64,000 nucleotides of DNA from Macrostomum lignano (lineage: Eukaryota), in assembly GCA_002269645.1 (NCBI GenBank), contig NIVC01002852.1, positions 1-64,000 of the forward strand. The letters run 5' to 3'. A model generated the notes under the pieces. The model saw nothing but the letters and a program-made list of their open reading frames with translations, searched no databases and had not been told where the DNA came from. Made by a program: the position numbers and the translations under genes. Shown in pieces: positions 53,151-64,000 of this stretch (within the stretch, counting starts at the first letter, position 1; each line of letters opens with the position of its first letter).

Positions 53151-54080
53151 ATTCTGTTGATCATCCTTTATAAATGTTCAAAAATTTACCCAACATGAAA
53201 TAATATATCAATTTTTCCTATTGACTACCCAGATTATTTGATGAATAAAAAGCACTTCGAATTCAATCTGTCAATCGAAGAGTATCAGAATTCAAAGCTA
53301 AGACATTAGTAAGATTTTACTGCCAGTAGCAGATTTAGCTAACACGACTCCCATAGAGCCGAAGCACTTTAAAGTGAGAAAAGTTACCGAGAAGCCTGAC
53401 TGACAGCAATTTCAAGTTCACAATAGCGATCAAAGGGAACTGTCAATCCAAGTGCACAAAATCAGTTCTTTTTATATATATTTCCGCATCAAGATTCCTT
53501 CTGAGCAGCAATCAGGCAAAAAATTGCAAAGTAAGAAAGTTATAAAACGCCAAAATTAGACCAGAGGGTTAAAAGATGAAATATTAACACCATGACATAC
53601 TACTAATAGTAATCGCGAGATTCCAAGCTCAGAGTGCCACTCTAAAATGCATCAAGACGCTGCACTAAGTAGATACGCACACTTTTGGCTGCAATTTGGC
53701 TGATGCAGTGAAGAGCAACGAAACAAATTGAATAATAAATCATCATTTACAATAGACATATGCTAATAGTTTAATTAATAATTAATTAAATAATTAATTA
53801 AAAATAACATGAACGCCATAAACTATAGAGCTATACAGATATAAAAAATCATTACACACAGATTTTGGTAAGCACAAATTTTATTGAAACTCAAAAAACA
53901 TTTAGCATTGGAACTCTTAATATGGTGTCTTCGCGATACTTGCTGCCTCAGTACACCTGTCTCTCTAGCTAAGCCACCAAACTACCTGTCTATCCACTAA
54001 ACCACCCATCTGCTCATTAAAATACTAAGCATATATTTGTATGTTTCTACATGTTATGTTACCTGTGTACCAGCTAACCT

Positions 54081-54500
54081 ACCTGTCTACCCATTAAACT
54101 ACCTGTCTACCCATTAAACTACCTGTCTACCCATTGAACTACCTGTCTACCCATTGAACTACCTGTCTACCCATTGAACTACCTGTCTACTCATTGAACT
54201 ACCTGTCTACCCATTGAACTATCTGTCTACCCATTAAACTACATGTCTACCCATTAAACTACATGTCTACCCATTAAACTACCTGTCTACCCATTAAACT
54301 ACCTGTCTACCCATTGAACTACCTGTCTACCCATTGAACTACCTGTCTACCCACTGAACTACCTGTCTACCCATTAAACTACCTGTCTACCCACTGAACT
54401 ACCTGTCTACCCATTGAACTACCTGTCTACCCATTGAACTACCTGTCTACCCACTGAACTACCTGTCTACCTACTAAACTACCTGTCTACCAATTAAACT
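54081..54500. repeat. 20-bp tandem array, about 21 copies, downstream of GSKIP
   Basis: Unit acctgtctacccatt(a/g)aact. Confidence 0.95.
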
Positions 54501-54679
54501 ACCATTACCCATCAAACCTACCAAACCAATTTATCCATCATACTACATGCCTACTCATTCAACTACCTGTCGGTCTACACTTTTAAACCACTTGTTTCCT
54601 CAACAAACTACCTACGAATGCGGAGCAATCTAAGTACCTGTCTAACCTGTTCAACTTGCCAGGCGCAACTGTCAATCAA

Positions 54680-55027
54680 TCAATTTTTGTCAGCATCCGC
54701 AGCCGCAGTCAGGTCCAGCAGGCGGGCAGACAGCGCCCCGCTGAAGGCGCTCCTGAAGCCCTCGCTGAGGTCGCTAAGCAGGGCGTAGACAGTCTCGTAG
54801 CAGGCAGGCGCCGGGGTGTCCTGGCAGTCCGGCTGGTCGGACACCACCCGGAAGCCCTCCTCGCCGATTCGCACGCACATCCGGCGACCCTCCAGCGTCA
54901 CGATGTTCAAGAAGGCCTCCGAGCCGCCGGCTGGCAGAGCGGACGACATTTCAATGCTGGACACCGCGAAGGCGACCTCGCGAACAGCGGCCTGGGCCTC
55001 GTCAAGGCAGCTTTTCACGTCGCTCAT
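54680..55027 (-). CDS. GSKIP: GSK3-beta interaction protein (DUF727), intronless CDS, 115 aa
   Basis: EAQAAVREVAFAVSSIEMSSALP...AFLNIVTLEGRRMCVRIGEEGFRVV...YETVYALLSDLSEGFRSAFSGALSARLLDL matches the GSKIP pattern; ATG at 55027. Confidence 0.9.
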   Translation of the reverse strand: MSDVKSCLDEAQAAVREVAFAVSSIEMSSALPAGGSEAFLNIVTLEGRRMCVRIGEEGFRVVSDQPDCQDTPAPACYETVYALLSDLSEGFRSAFSGALSARLLDLTAAADADKN

Positions 55028-56253
55028 TGGCTGAAGAGATTTGTGAGAAGTAATCAACTTTTTGCTAACATTTATGAACTTCTTTACCCTCACAATATCC
55101 CCTACAATTCAGGTGTGGGCAAACTCCAGCCCGCCCTCTCTATCTGGCCCTTGGTGTCCTTGGGCAATTTAGAATGGCAATCCGGCCTGCTCAAGGTTTG
55201 TCTCTTCTTAGTTATCTCCTCTCCTCTCTTACTCTCTTATCTTCTCTCATCTCCTCTACTCCCTGCTATCTCCATCTCCTATCTTTTCACTCATCTCTTC
55301 TCTCCTAGCCTCTCTCATCTCACCTCTCACCTCTCCTCTGTCATCTCTCAAGTTGGGAGGAGGGGTTGGCCTTGAATTGCAGCAACTTTTGTGCACCTCT
55401 CCATAAGATTGCATGGTTATATTACAAGCTTTATTCAATGCATAAAGTAAAAAAATTAAATTGAAAACTTGCATTTGAAAAGTTTTGTTTTCTGCTTTGC
55501 TAATTCATTTCATATTGCAAGTGGTTAAATGTAAAAGAAAAAAAAATAGTGGCGGATCTAGAGTTTCATTTGGGGGGGGCAGTCCAAGTTTGGGGCGCCA
55601 ACACGAGTGTAAAGGGCGCTAAATTTTAAGCTAAGGGGCACAAAAAATGCATATAAGGGGCAAAAAATCAAGCTTAGGGGCACAAGAAATGCATTTGGGG
55701 GCGAAAAATCAAGCTTAAGGGTGCAAAAAAGGCATTTGGGGACAAAGAATCAAGTTTAGAGGATGCAAATTTAGGTTTTTAGGGGGCACAATATGTTTGT
55801 CTTGAAGCTATTTAGAGGGGGGGGGGCGGGCAGTAAAATATAAATATTATTTTTATATAATATTTATAAAAATATTATAAAACTTTTTTATATTTTGTAT
55901 TCTAATTTTCCACATTTTTATAGAAAGGCCAAATATTAATTTCCTTGATTATTTAATACAATTCTATAAATATAAATAAATATAAAATATAATAAATTGT
56001 ATTCATTATCTAATATAGATAAGATAAGAATTAAAAATAGCTTATTATTATATCCATTGGCTTTGCATATTAATAATGATGTTTTATGCTATAGCTAACT
56101 ATTTTTGTTTAATTTAAAAAATACAAAAGCTCCTATTATTTTTAAATGTCATATTTTTAATTAGCTATTTCTATAAAAAAGATGACAGTTTTTTCCTGTT
56201 TCAATTTATTGAAAGCTAATATAATTACAAAAAGCTTTTTCTCTAGACCCAGG

Positions 56254-56558
56254 CTAGGCCCCTACATGCGCAACCTCGAAAATTCGGTCGGCCGTTTGAC
56301 TTAGTTTTAACAAAAATGCGACATAGTTTTTGGCCAAAAATGCGACTTACATGTAAAAAACCCTAAAGCAAAATTATTGCAACTTTGGGTAAACGGCAGA
56401 AGTAACTAAGACTGTCTTACTAAGCCAGAATCAGAATGCCTTGTCAGCTACTTAGTACTACTACTTGGGTATTTCTTGGGTGGGCATTTTTGCGACTTTC
56501 TTGGTTGGCCGCCAAATCGGTCGGCTGGATCGGCCGACTGTTGTGCATGTATGCCTAG
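56254..56558. mobile_element. Small degenerate MITE-like element
   Basis: ctaggccctacatgcgcaac...gtcggccg is inverted to cggccgactgttgtgcatgtatgcctag. No TSD seen. Confidence 0.45.
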
Positions 56559-58294
56559 GCCTATGTTTAAAAAAATACTGGCATTACTAGCAGCAATGCA
56601 CTAAAACTAGTAAAAGTCAAAGCTTTTTTTCAATATTTATATTAAATGAAAGTTCAGTATTTTAACTATGTCTTATGATTATGAAGAAAAAATATTTATA
56701 AAAAACTATATTTTTACAATTATTGATTCGTTTTCTTACATTTCGAATAATGCATTTTTGAATAAATATGCATAATTTGAAATCCACATAAAGCCTTTGT
56801 AAAGAACTTTTACCTAGTAAGCAGTAACCCAGACACAATGAGTCAATCAATGACAAGTCAAATGCCCACTATCTTATCTGGTTGTCAGTTTGACATGACC
56901 TTTGATAGAAAAAATGCAATTCGATCCATTGGGCAGTCTGCAAGCTGCTGCAAGAAAGAATTGAATGAATGTTTCTTGGAAAGCACATTTGAAAACACAG
57001 CATATTGATTGGATAAAACAAACTCAATTAAAAAGGAAAGCTAATATGGTATACAATAACTAATACTATTTTTCAGAGATTTAGTAAGGTTATAAGAAAT
57101 TTTTTTCTTTGTCACAGAATTTAACTATATTGTCGCCAAATTTGCTTTCGCCGAATTTGACCACGATAAATCTTTCTCGCCAATTTTTTTTGTCGCCGAA
57201 TTGGTCAGCAGCCGATCAAATGAAACTAAACTTATTTTCTATCGTGACTAATCGTTTTCTTGCACCTTTCTACGTACTTCGTTTTCTCACACTCTGGACT
57301 CAGCCTATAGCTAGCTTTGCTTTTTTGCTTTGCCATTCGTGTAAATTATTAAATTTTCAGTAAACAAAATATAGATTTATTTCATATAAAATATGCCAAT
57401 ATTCATCATATATCTTTACCACAACTGTCGATTGCAACCATTTTTGTTTATCTTCGACAGTTACTTTGTCGCTTCCTATCTACCTGTTTTCCACATGCAT
57501 GTGTACATGTACAGTGTATGTGCGCCATTGAAAAGACAATTACAGAAAATGTATTTCCCATCGGGCATTGTGCCGATCTTGGCCAACCAAAGTCATGCCC
57601 CAGCTGGTGGTCTAGCCATGATCTATAGAACATGTGTGCAGATACTCGTACAACGGATGTCGCTAGGTATAGTAGCTCACGCCATTATAATATTGTCAGA
57701 TTCGAGATTATCTCCAAACCATTCAACCAAGGAACACTAGTGTATAGCCAGTTGTCCTTGCATTCAACAGCAAAGGGAGCGATCGACAGTCAGGTTCGAC
57801 AAACGCTGCCACCAATTCAAAGGACGACAAGCAAGGCGCACTTTGTCCATATACGAAGTACTATAGCTGGAGTTGGAGTAGTGTGGCTAAAGAAGCCGCG
57901 AGACCCGTATATTTAACTTTCTACATTACATATATAAAGGAGGATCCCCCACAATGTTCGAGCCCAGTTTCTAGACAAATACATGTACATGTAAATAGTC
58001 TCTTTAGCACTTTAATTGAAACTTAATCTAAACTAGCGTATAACTGCACGGCTGCACATAGCCAGTGTTCACAATCATAATAAAAGGTGTTTGGTCTCGA
58101 AGGTACAACATTTGAAGTTATTACTGAAGCTAATAAAATTTAAAATTAATGTAACACAGGATTTTGTAAATTAGGAACAAGCCAATGTTTTTTAGAGACT
58201 GAAAAATCACATATTTAGTGACTATCATAAGGATTAACAGAAAACACAACCAAGTTGATCGCAGCGCAACGTACGAGCTGAATCATCAGGACTT

Positions 58295-59148
58295 CTAGCC
58301 ACGGACAACGAACTTCCCACCATCAAAGCCGACCAGCTCCTGCGGCAGAGCCGGCAGTTTTAGCAGGTAGCAGGTGCCCAGGTGGAACAGGACAGCCTGG
58401 CAGCTTGCGTCGCAACCCAGCAGGCAGTCGATGAGGCTTCTGGCCGGCTGCAAGGTGCTGTAGAAGGGCCCGCCAGATGAGGTCGGGTTCAGGTAGACGC
58501 GGGGAGTTTCGACGAATTTGTTGCCGACTGCAATGAGCAAAACGCAGTTCAGTGCAGTTGATTTTCAATGTTTGGCTTAGGGAAACAAAGAAGACTAAAA
58601 TGGCCATTAGGTGATATAGAGTAAAGCGATCGTGAAGTGACATTAACTTGATACTCGGTACTCGATACCGTCAGTCAGTGTCGGTAGTCCTATAGAGGAA
58701 CACTAAACCCTAAATCCATCAAATCCCTCAGCCACAATAGTTGCCGCTGCTCACTTGGACGGGGGTAAAAGTTCTGGTAAACCGAATTTCGGCTTCCCGA
58801 GCCGCAGATCTGGCCAGCGTTGCCAGCGCAGTTCATGTTGCAGTCGCTCACTGGAGCACCGCCCTGACTGCCGTACGAGTTTCCGCAGAAGCAGTGGCTG
58901 CTGTATTGCGCACCGAAGTACTTGAAGTTGCCCAGCTCGCAGATCTGGCTGCACAGCTGCAGTGTCATGTCGGCCCTGTTCACGCCTTTTGCAGCTACCG
59001 CGTAGGGCCCGATGGAGGACATGCCGTCCAGTCCGCCGAGGTCCCTGGCGCCCCCCGTGAAATCCCTGTAGCAGCCGACAAAGACGAACTCAGCCGCCCA
59101 GCAGAGCCGAGCGCACAGCAGCATCAGCAGAGGGCCTGCGAGGTACAT
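58295..59148 (-). CDS. Secreted WSC-domain protein with a C-terminal PAN/apple-like module (208 aa)
   Basis: Exons 59148-58755 and 58527-58295 (phase 1). Signal peptide; FVGCYRD...MTLQLCSQIC...YFGAQYSSHCFCGN...CNMNCAGNAGQICG...SVY is a WSC domain; SLIDCLLGCDASCQAVLFHLGTCYLL is PAN-like. Confidence 0.85.
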
Positions 59149-62100
59149 TTTCAGACGGTTTTGGGTGGCGAACTGCTGCTCAAAGTAAGCCGACCAGATC
59201 GTCTCTGCTTGACTCCTTTTTATCTCATTCTAAAAAGTTGAGTTAAAGAGGCTTTGAGCCGCATGGGGATGCTGCAGCAGTCACTGTAGCGGAACGGCAC
59301 TGCGTTCTAAAGCGAGCTCCCGGGGAACAATGTGCGAAAGACAAAAGCCAGGAGCTGCTACAGATTCCAAGTAGTTTCGGAGAAGCTAGAAAAAAACTGA
59401 CAATTGAAAGGCGAGAAAGGCAAGCCAAACTCAGCAGAGAGGCTCTAACTGGCAGGGACTGCAGCAGTCCCCTGTTTTAAGTAGCTTGTTTAAATCCGCA
59501 GCAGGTTCCCCCCCCCCCGGCAATCCAAGGAGAAGAGGTGGAGAGTAGGAGCCTGTGCTCCAACATTAGAAGTGAGCTGGGTCCTTTGCCTGTGAGCCAT
59601 TATGGCTTGAGATCAACAAACGCGAGGAGTGAGGAGTTGGGTTTAGCGCCGCACAAGGCATATCCTAGGGTATTCTTAGGGTATTCGCTTACCCATCTCG
59701 CCTCCCCATTGTTTAATTGATTTTTTGTTTTCCACAAAGCTATTTAGAATCTTAGTTTGCATGGCGCATGAAAATTCTTCAACAATAATCAGCCCATGAG
59801 ATGCTAGATTTTACAGGCGACTTAACGCTTCGTCACGTCAAACGTCAAATATTGTTTACTACTAAGTACGACACTACTGTAAGTAGGAAATTAAGGGAAA
59901 TCCGACGGAATTCATGTGTGGAGAATATTTGGAGAAAATTATTAAATCAATTGTTAAGCATTCCTCGTTAAAGTTGTTGGACTTTTTTGATGATCTGTGT
60001 AGATTTTGGTCGGGAAAATACAAGTTTGAAGAAATAATTCAAGGCACATGCGTCTTATGCAGTGAATTTTCAATTAATAATTTCATTTGACAAGCGTGTC
60101 ACGCCTATTACACATGAGAACCCATTTAGCAAAATGATTTTATTGCTTTCAAATTTAATGATACAGATGGCTGATTTATGGCTCAAATCGATAAAAACTG
60201 TTGTTCACACAAATGCAGATGCAGATATACAAATGCATGGCAATATAGCTGTCATTTAATGACATGCTGTGCGCTCAATTCCGAATGTACATGCATGGAT
60301 TCCGCTAGCACTTCGCTAAGCGATTTGAGCGAGCTCCAGCGTGTGAATCCAATTATGCTGGACTCGGGAGGCATCCATTTAGCAAAGAGGTTTGCTAAAC
60401 GGCTGTAGCGGAATATCTATAAAGAGATCTCATTTCAGCCCGAGACGGCCGTGCACTCTACACATGTGTATACATATGCATAGCCATGTATTACAGCACA
60501 GTTGTTGGCAATGACTCAGCCGAATGGGAAGGGGTCAGTCGCAGGAGCGGCCGATACGCAGCTTACATGTATGTAAGGCTTGCGTTCCTTTGAATAAATT
60601 GCATCACACAGCCTTGGCCAGAAAGATATGGCCAGTTCTTATCTTATTCTTTTCCTCAGTTCTCATGCGCCGCCCACCCAAGGCTCGCTCCCATAATTAT
60701 TATTATGCATTCAGTCCGGCCCGGCCTGTGTGCACAATGTCATGTCCCAGACCCGGCAGGGCAGCGATCCCAAAGCCACAAAAAGCAATTACTTTTTTCT
60801 CTAGCCAGTCTTCTTTTTGTGACCCTGAAAGCAAAATCTTGAGGCGGGCCTGACGGGTTGGCGACAATTTCTTGACCTCTTCTACAAGAGGAGGAGCAGA
60901 AGACGCCAGAGCGACTTAAGTTCTTAAATCTGTGTTTGCAGGACAGAAAGCCAGATGTTGCAAGATTTTGTGCTGCGGTCTGCGCCAAGAAATGCTTGCC
61001 GAGTGCCGCTATAGTGGCCTGAGAGATCTCAGCCGACTGCAATTGCTGGTAATTGGTCCACAAATGAGAGCAGCAACAGCGTGCATTCAGTTACATTCGG
61101 CTGTAATTGTCTGGAATTGCTTCTGGCGTGAGTACGAGCTCGGCTTTAGGAAATAGTTTGTCGCCTATGTTAGGTCGCCAACCGTAAGCTCGTAGTTTTA
61201 GATTTTTGAACCCGATTTTCTATAACTTTAAATACCTTCAGTAGACTCAGCTGTATGGAGGCTCTGCCCTGCAACTTCACCAACTGATTAGAGAGCTGAG
61301 GAAATGACAGTTGACGAGTCGGGAAGAAATGCCAACGCAAAGATTAGTTGGTTGTGTTTTCGTTTGCTTTAGCAAAGAAATGCCTTAATACGCATTCACT
61401 TTCAGTCTATGATTGGTATTGATGACGCATTTATTTATCCTAGATAATTGGTAGCAGCTACACTCTCGCACGGACAGCCGGGGTGTTCAGGTGGGCAGCT
61501 GGGCTGCTGCTGCAGCTGCTGTTGTTCGTCTGAGTGTTCTAAGATGAACGGCAAATGGCTGCTTTGGAGGGAAGCTAGCGATGCATCATCATCATTTACC
61601 TGAGCCTGCCGTCGCGGGGAGGCTGGGCTGGGGGGGAAGAAAAGAAGAAATTATTGGGAAAGTGGAGACTGTAAAAAGATTTACGTTGCCGGGGGCTGCT
61701 TGCTTGGGGAGAGGGCAGGCAGGGCCAGTGGGAGCCTTGGATAAACTGACGGTGGCACTGCAATCCGCAAATTTGCCGCGACCGCGGCCGCCAATCACGC
61801 CGGGGATTTGTGCGCCGCGCTTCAAGAGCTACCTGGGCAGTCGGAGGGTGGCCGGGGGCTCCCTCAGACAGGCTGGCGCACCGGGTGACATTTGCTATGC
61901 GGAACCGCTGCTCTTATCAGCGGCATCGGGTGCTGCGGAATGATGCAGGTCTATAAATATCTGCAGCCTGAAATCAGCGCTGAGGCTTAGTCACTCGCTT
62001 ATTACCGAGACGGCTGAACGGCTCCCTGAAGTTTGCAACAATGTCTGCTTCCGGGATGCCGGGAGGAGCGGGTGATGGAGCCGAGCGGCTGGTTGGGATT

Positions 62101-62454
62101 CTATGAGCGTATGAAAGCAGCCCGTGCGGAATACAATAGCTGCTCTGCTGGGACAAAGGAAAGTTGTTAATCCTCATTGAAGCGGATCAAGGAGGCAGCG
62201 CTAAGCCGTCATGCGGCAGTCTGTTCATCCGCACTTGTCTCTGTCTGGGGAGCAATTACCCGCAGACAAGAGGCTGAGCGGGGGGCTGCGGTGCAAAAAA
62301 CGAAAGCATGATGAGTTGAAAAAAAGCGACACGATGATTAAGGGCTTTGAGAAACAAAGACGAAAATTAATCAGCACTAATTCTCGCTTCTGTACCAAAT
62401 CCGTCACAATCCGCACAGTCACCTGAGCCCAATATGGATGATTCACGCTGTAGC

Positions 62455-63525
62455 AGGGATTGGAGCGTGAGCAGGGAGAGGAGCGTGAGCAGGGATTGTA
62501 GCGTGAGCAGGGATAAGAGCGTGACAGGGATAGGAGTGTGAGCAGGGATGGGAGCGTGAGCAGGGAGAGGAGCGTGAGCAGAGATTGGAGCATGAGCAGG
62601 GATTGGAGCATGAGCAGGGATTGGAGCATGAGCAGGGATTGGAGCATGATCAGGGATTGGAGCATGAGCAGGGAGAGGAGCGTGAGCAGGGATAAGAGCG
62701 TGACAGGGATAGGAGTGTGAGCAGGGATGGGAGCGTGAGCAGGGAGAGGGGCGTGAGCAGAGATTGGAGCATGAGCAGGGATTGGAGCATGAGCAGGGAG
62801 AGGAGCGTGAGCAGGGATTGGAGCATGAGCAGGGATTGGAGCATGAGCAGGGATTGGAGCATGAGCAGGGATTGGAGCATGAGCAGGGATTGGAGCATGA
62901 GCAGGGATTGGAGCATGAGCAGGGATTGGAGCATGAGCAGGGATTGGAGCATGAGCAGGGATTGGAGCGTGAGCAGAGATTGGAGCATGAGCATGGATTG
63001 GAGCATGAGCAGAGATTGGAGCATGATCAGGGATTGGAGCATGAGCATGGATTGGAGCGTGAGCAGAGATTGGAGCATGAGCAGGGATTGGAGCATGAGC
63101 AGGGATTGGAGCATGAGCAGGGATTGGAGCATGAGCAGGGATTGGAGCATGAGCAGGGATTGGAGCATGAGCAGGGAGAGGAGCGTGAGCAGGGATAAGA
63201 GCGTGACAGGGATTGGAGCGTGAGCAGGGAGAGGAGCGTGAGCAGAGATTGGAGCACGAGCAGGGATTGGAGCATGAGCAGAGATTGGAGCACGAGCAGG
63301 GATTGGAGCATGATCAGGGATTGGAGCATGAGCAGGGATAGGAGCATGAGCAGGGATTGGAGCATGAGCAGGGATTGGAGCATGAGCAGGGATTGGAGCA
63401 TGAGCAGGGATTGGAGCATGAGCAGGGATTGGAGCATGAGCAGGGATTGGAGCATGAGCAGGGATTGGAGCATGAGCAGGGATTGGAGCATGAGCAGGGA
63501 TTGGCGCATGAGCAGGGATTGGAAC
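62455..63525. repeat. 18-bp minisatellite with higher-order blocks
   Basis: Unit gagcatgagcagggattg; punctuating variant gggagaggagcgtgagcagggataagagcgtgacagggat recurs near 62480-62530, 62670-62710 and 63175-63215. Confidence 0.95.
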
Positions 63526-64000
63526 ATGGGAGAGATCAGGAACTAGGAATAGGAATAGAAGCATGGGAGACGCAACGAACACACGAGGGTAAGAATGTAA
63601 ATCGAATAGGAAAACTTTTTCAAGATAAAGTGACAGTTTTTCAAAGCTGTAAAGCTCCGTGTAAGCTTGGTCCAAATGACACCGTGGGGACCGGCAAGCG
63701 GTTTCTGATAGAGCAAACAATGAATGAGATCTCATAAGCGGACACGCAGTTCGCGTCCACATGCAGCTCCCTGCCTTTGTTAGCTCGCTAATTGTAGTTT
63801 ATTTCGCTCGACCGCGGTGCAAAACTTTGGCCTTTGTTTATAGACTCTCTCTGACTCACGCCCTGAAAGATTGCAGCTTAAAATAGCAGAGCGGCCCCCA
63901 GCCACGCGTTGCCCCGCCGGGGCAATATAACAGCAGCACAAACATTTGCTTATTTGCTTGCATGTGTAACTCGCACCCCGAAGGTACCAGGCTTCCATGC

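Noticed and set aside
52899-53198. YLSI-repeat ORF
   Set aside because: Translation of the (ATCT)n microsatellite.
55547-55830. agtggcggatctag-headed segment with ggggc-spaced repeats (hAT-MITE-like end)
   Set aside because: The matching inverted end was not found, so an element could not be delimited.
59500-62430. Short ORFs between the WSC gene and the 18-bp array
   Set aside because: No recognisable protein motifs or phase-consistent exon chain.

Overview
Eukaryotic (invertebrate) genomic DNA with GT-AG introns, many of them short, GC-rich exons and very abundant simple repeats. The style resembles a free-living flatworm such as Macrostomum, but that is inference only. No rRNA, tRNA or CRISPR was recognised. 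Host genes supported by manual splicing and translation: a compact plakin-family gene (+, ~1.7-9.6 kb) whose SH3 domain is split by an intron holding a complete antisense phospholipase B1-like gene; an alpha-helical pore-forming-toxin-like ORF; two C-type-lectin paralogs; a PARP catalytic domain with a C-terminal membrane anchor; cyclin G; GSKIP; and a secreted WSC+PAN protein. The most striking structure is 14.8-29.2 kb: two related elements (15183-22352 and 23144-28691) bounded by terminal inverted repeats lie head-to-tail, separated and flanked by long (ACAG)n tracts. Each is filled with a different satellite whose monomers carry the TIR core motif (TTA-NN-TGGACC). The second element carries a spliced minus-strand gene with chromodomain exons, a Gln/Ser repeat exon and a Dbf4-like BRCT/motif-M region that lacks the zinc finger. 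No transposase was found. All domain calls come from motif recognition by eye, not database searches.
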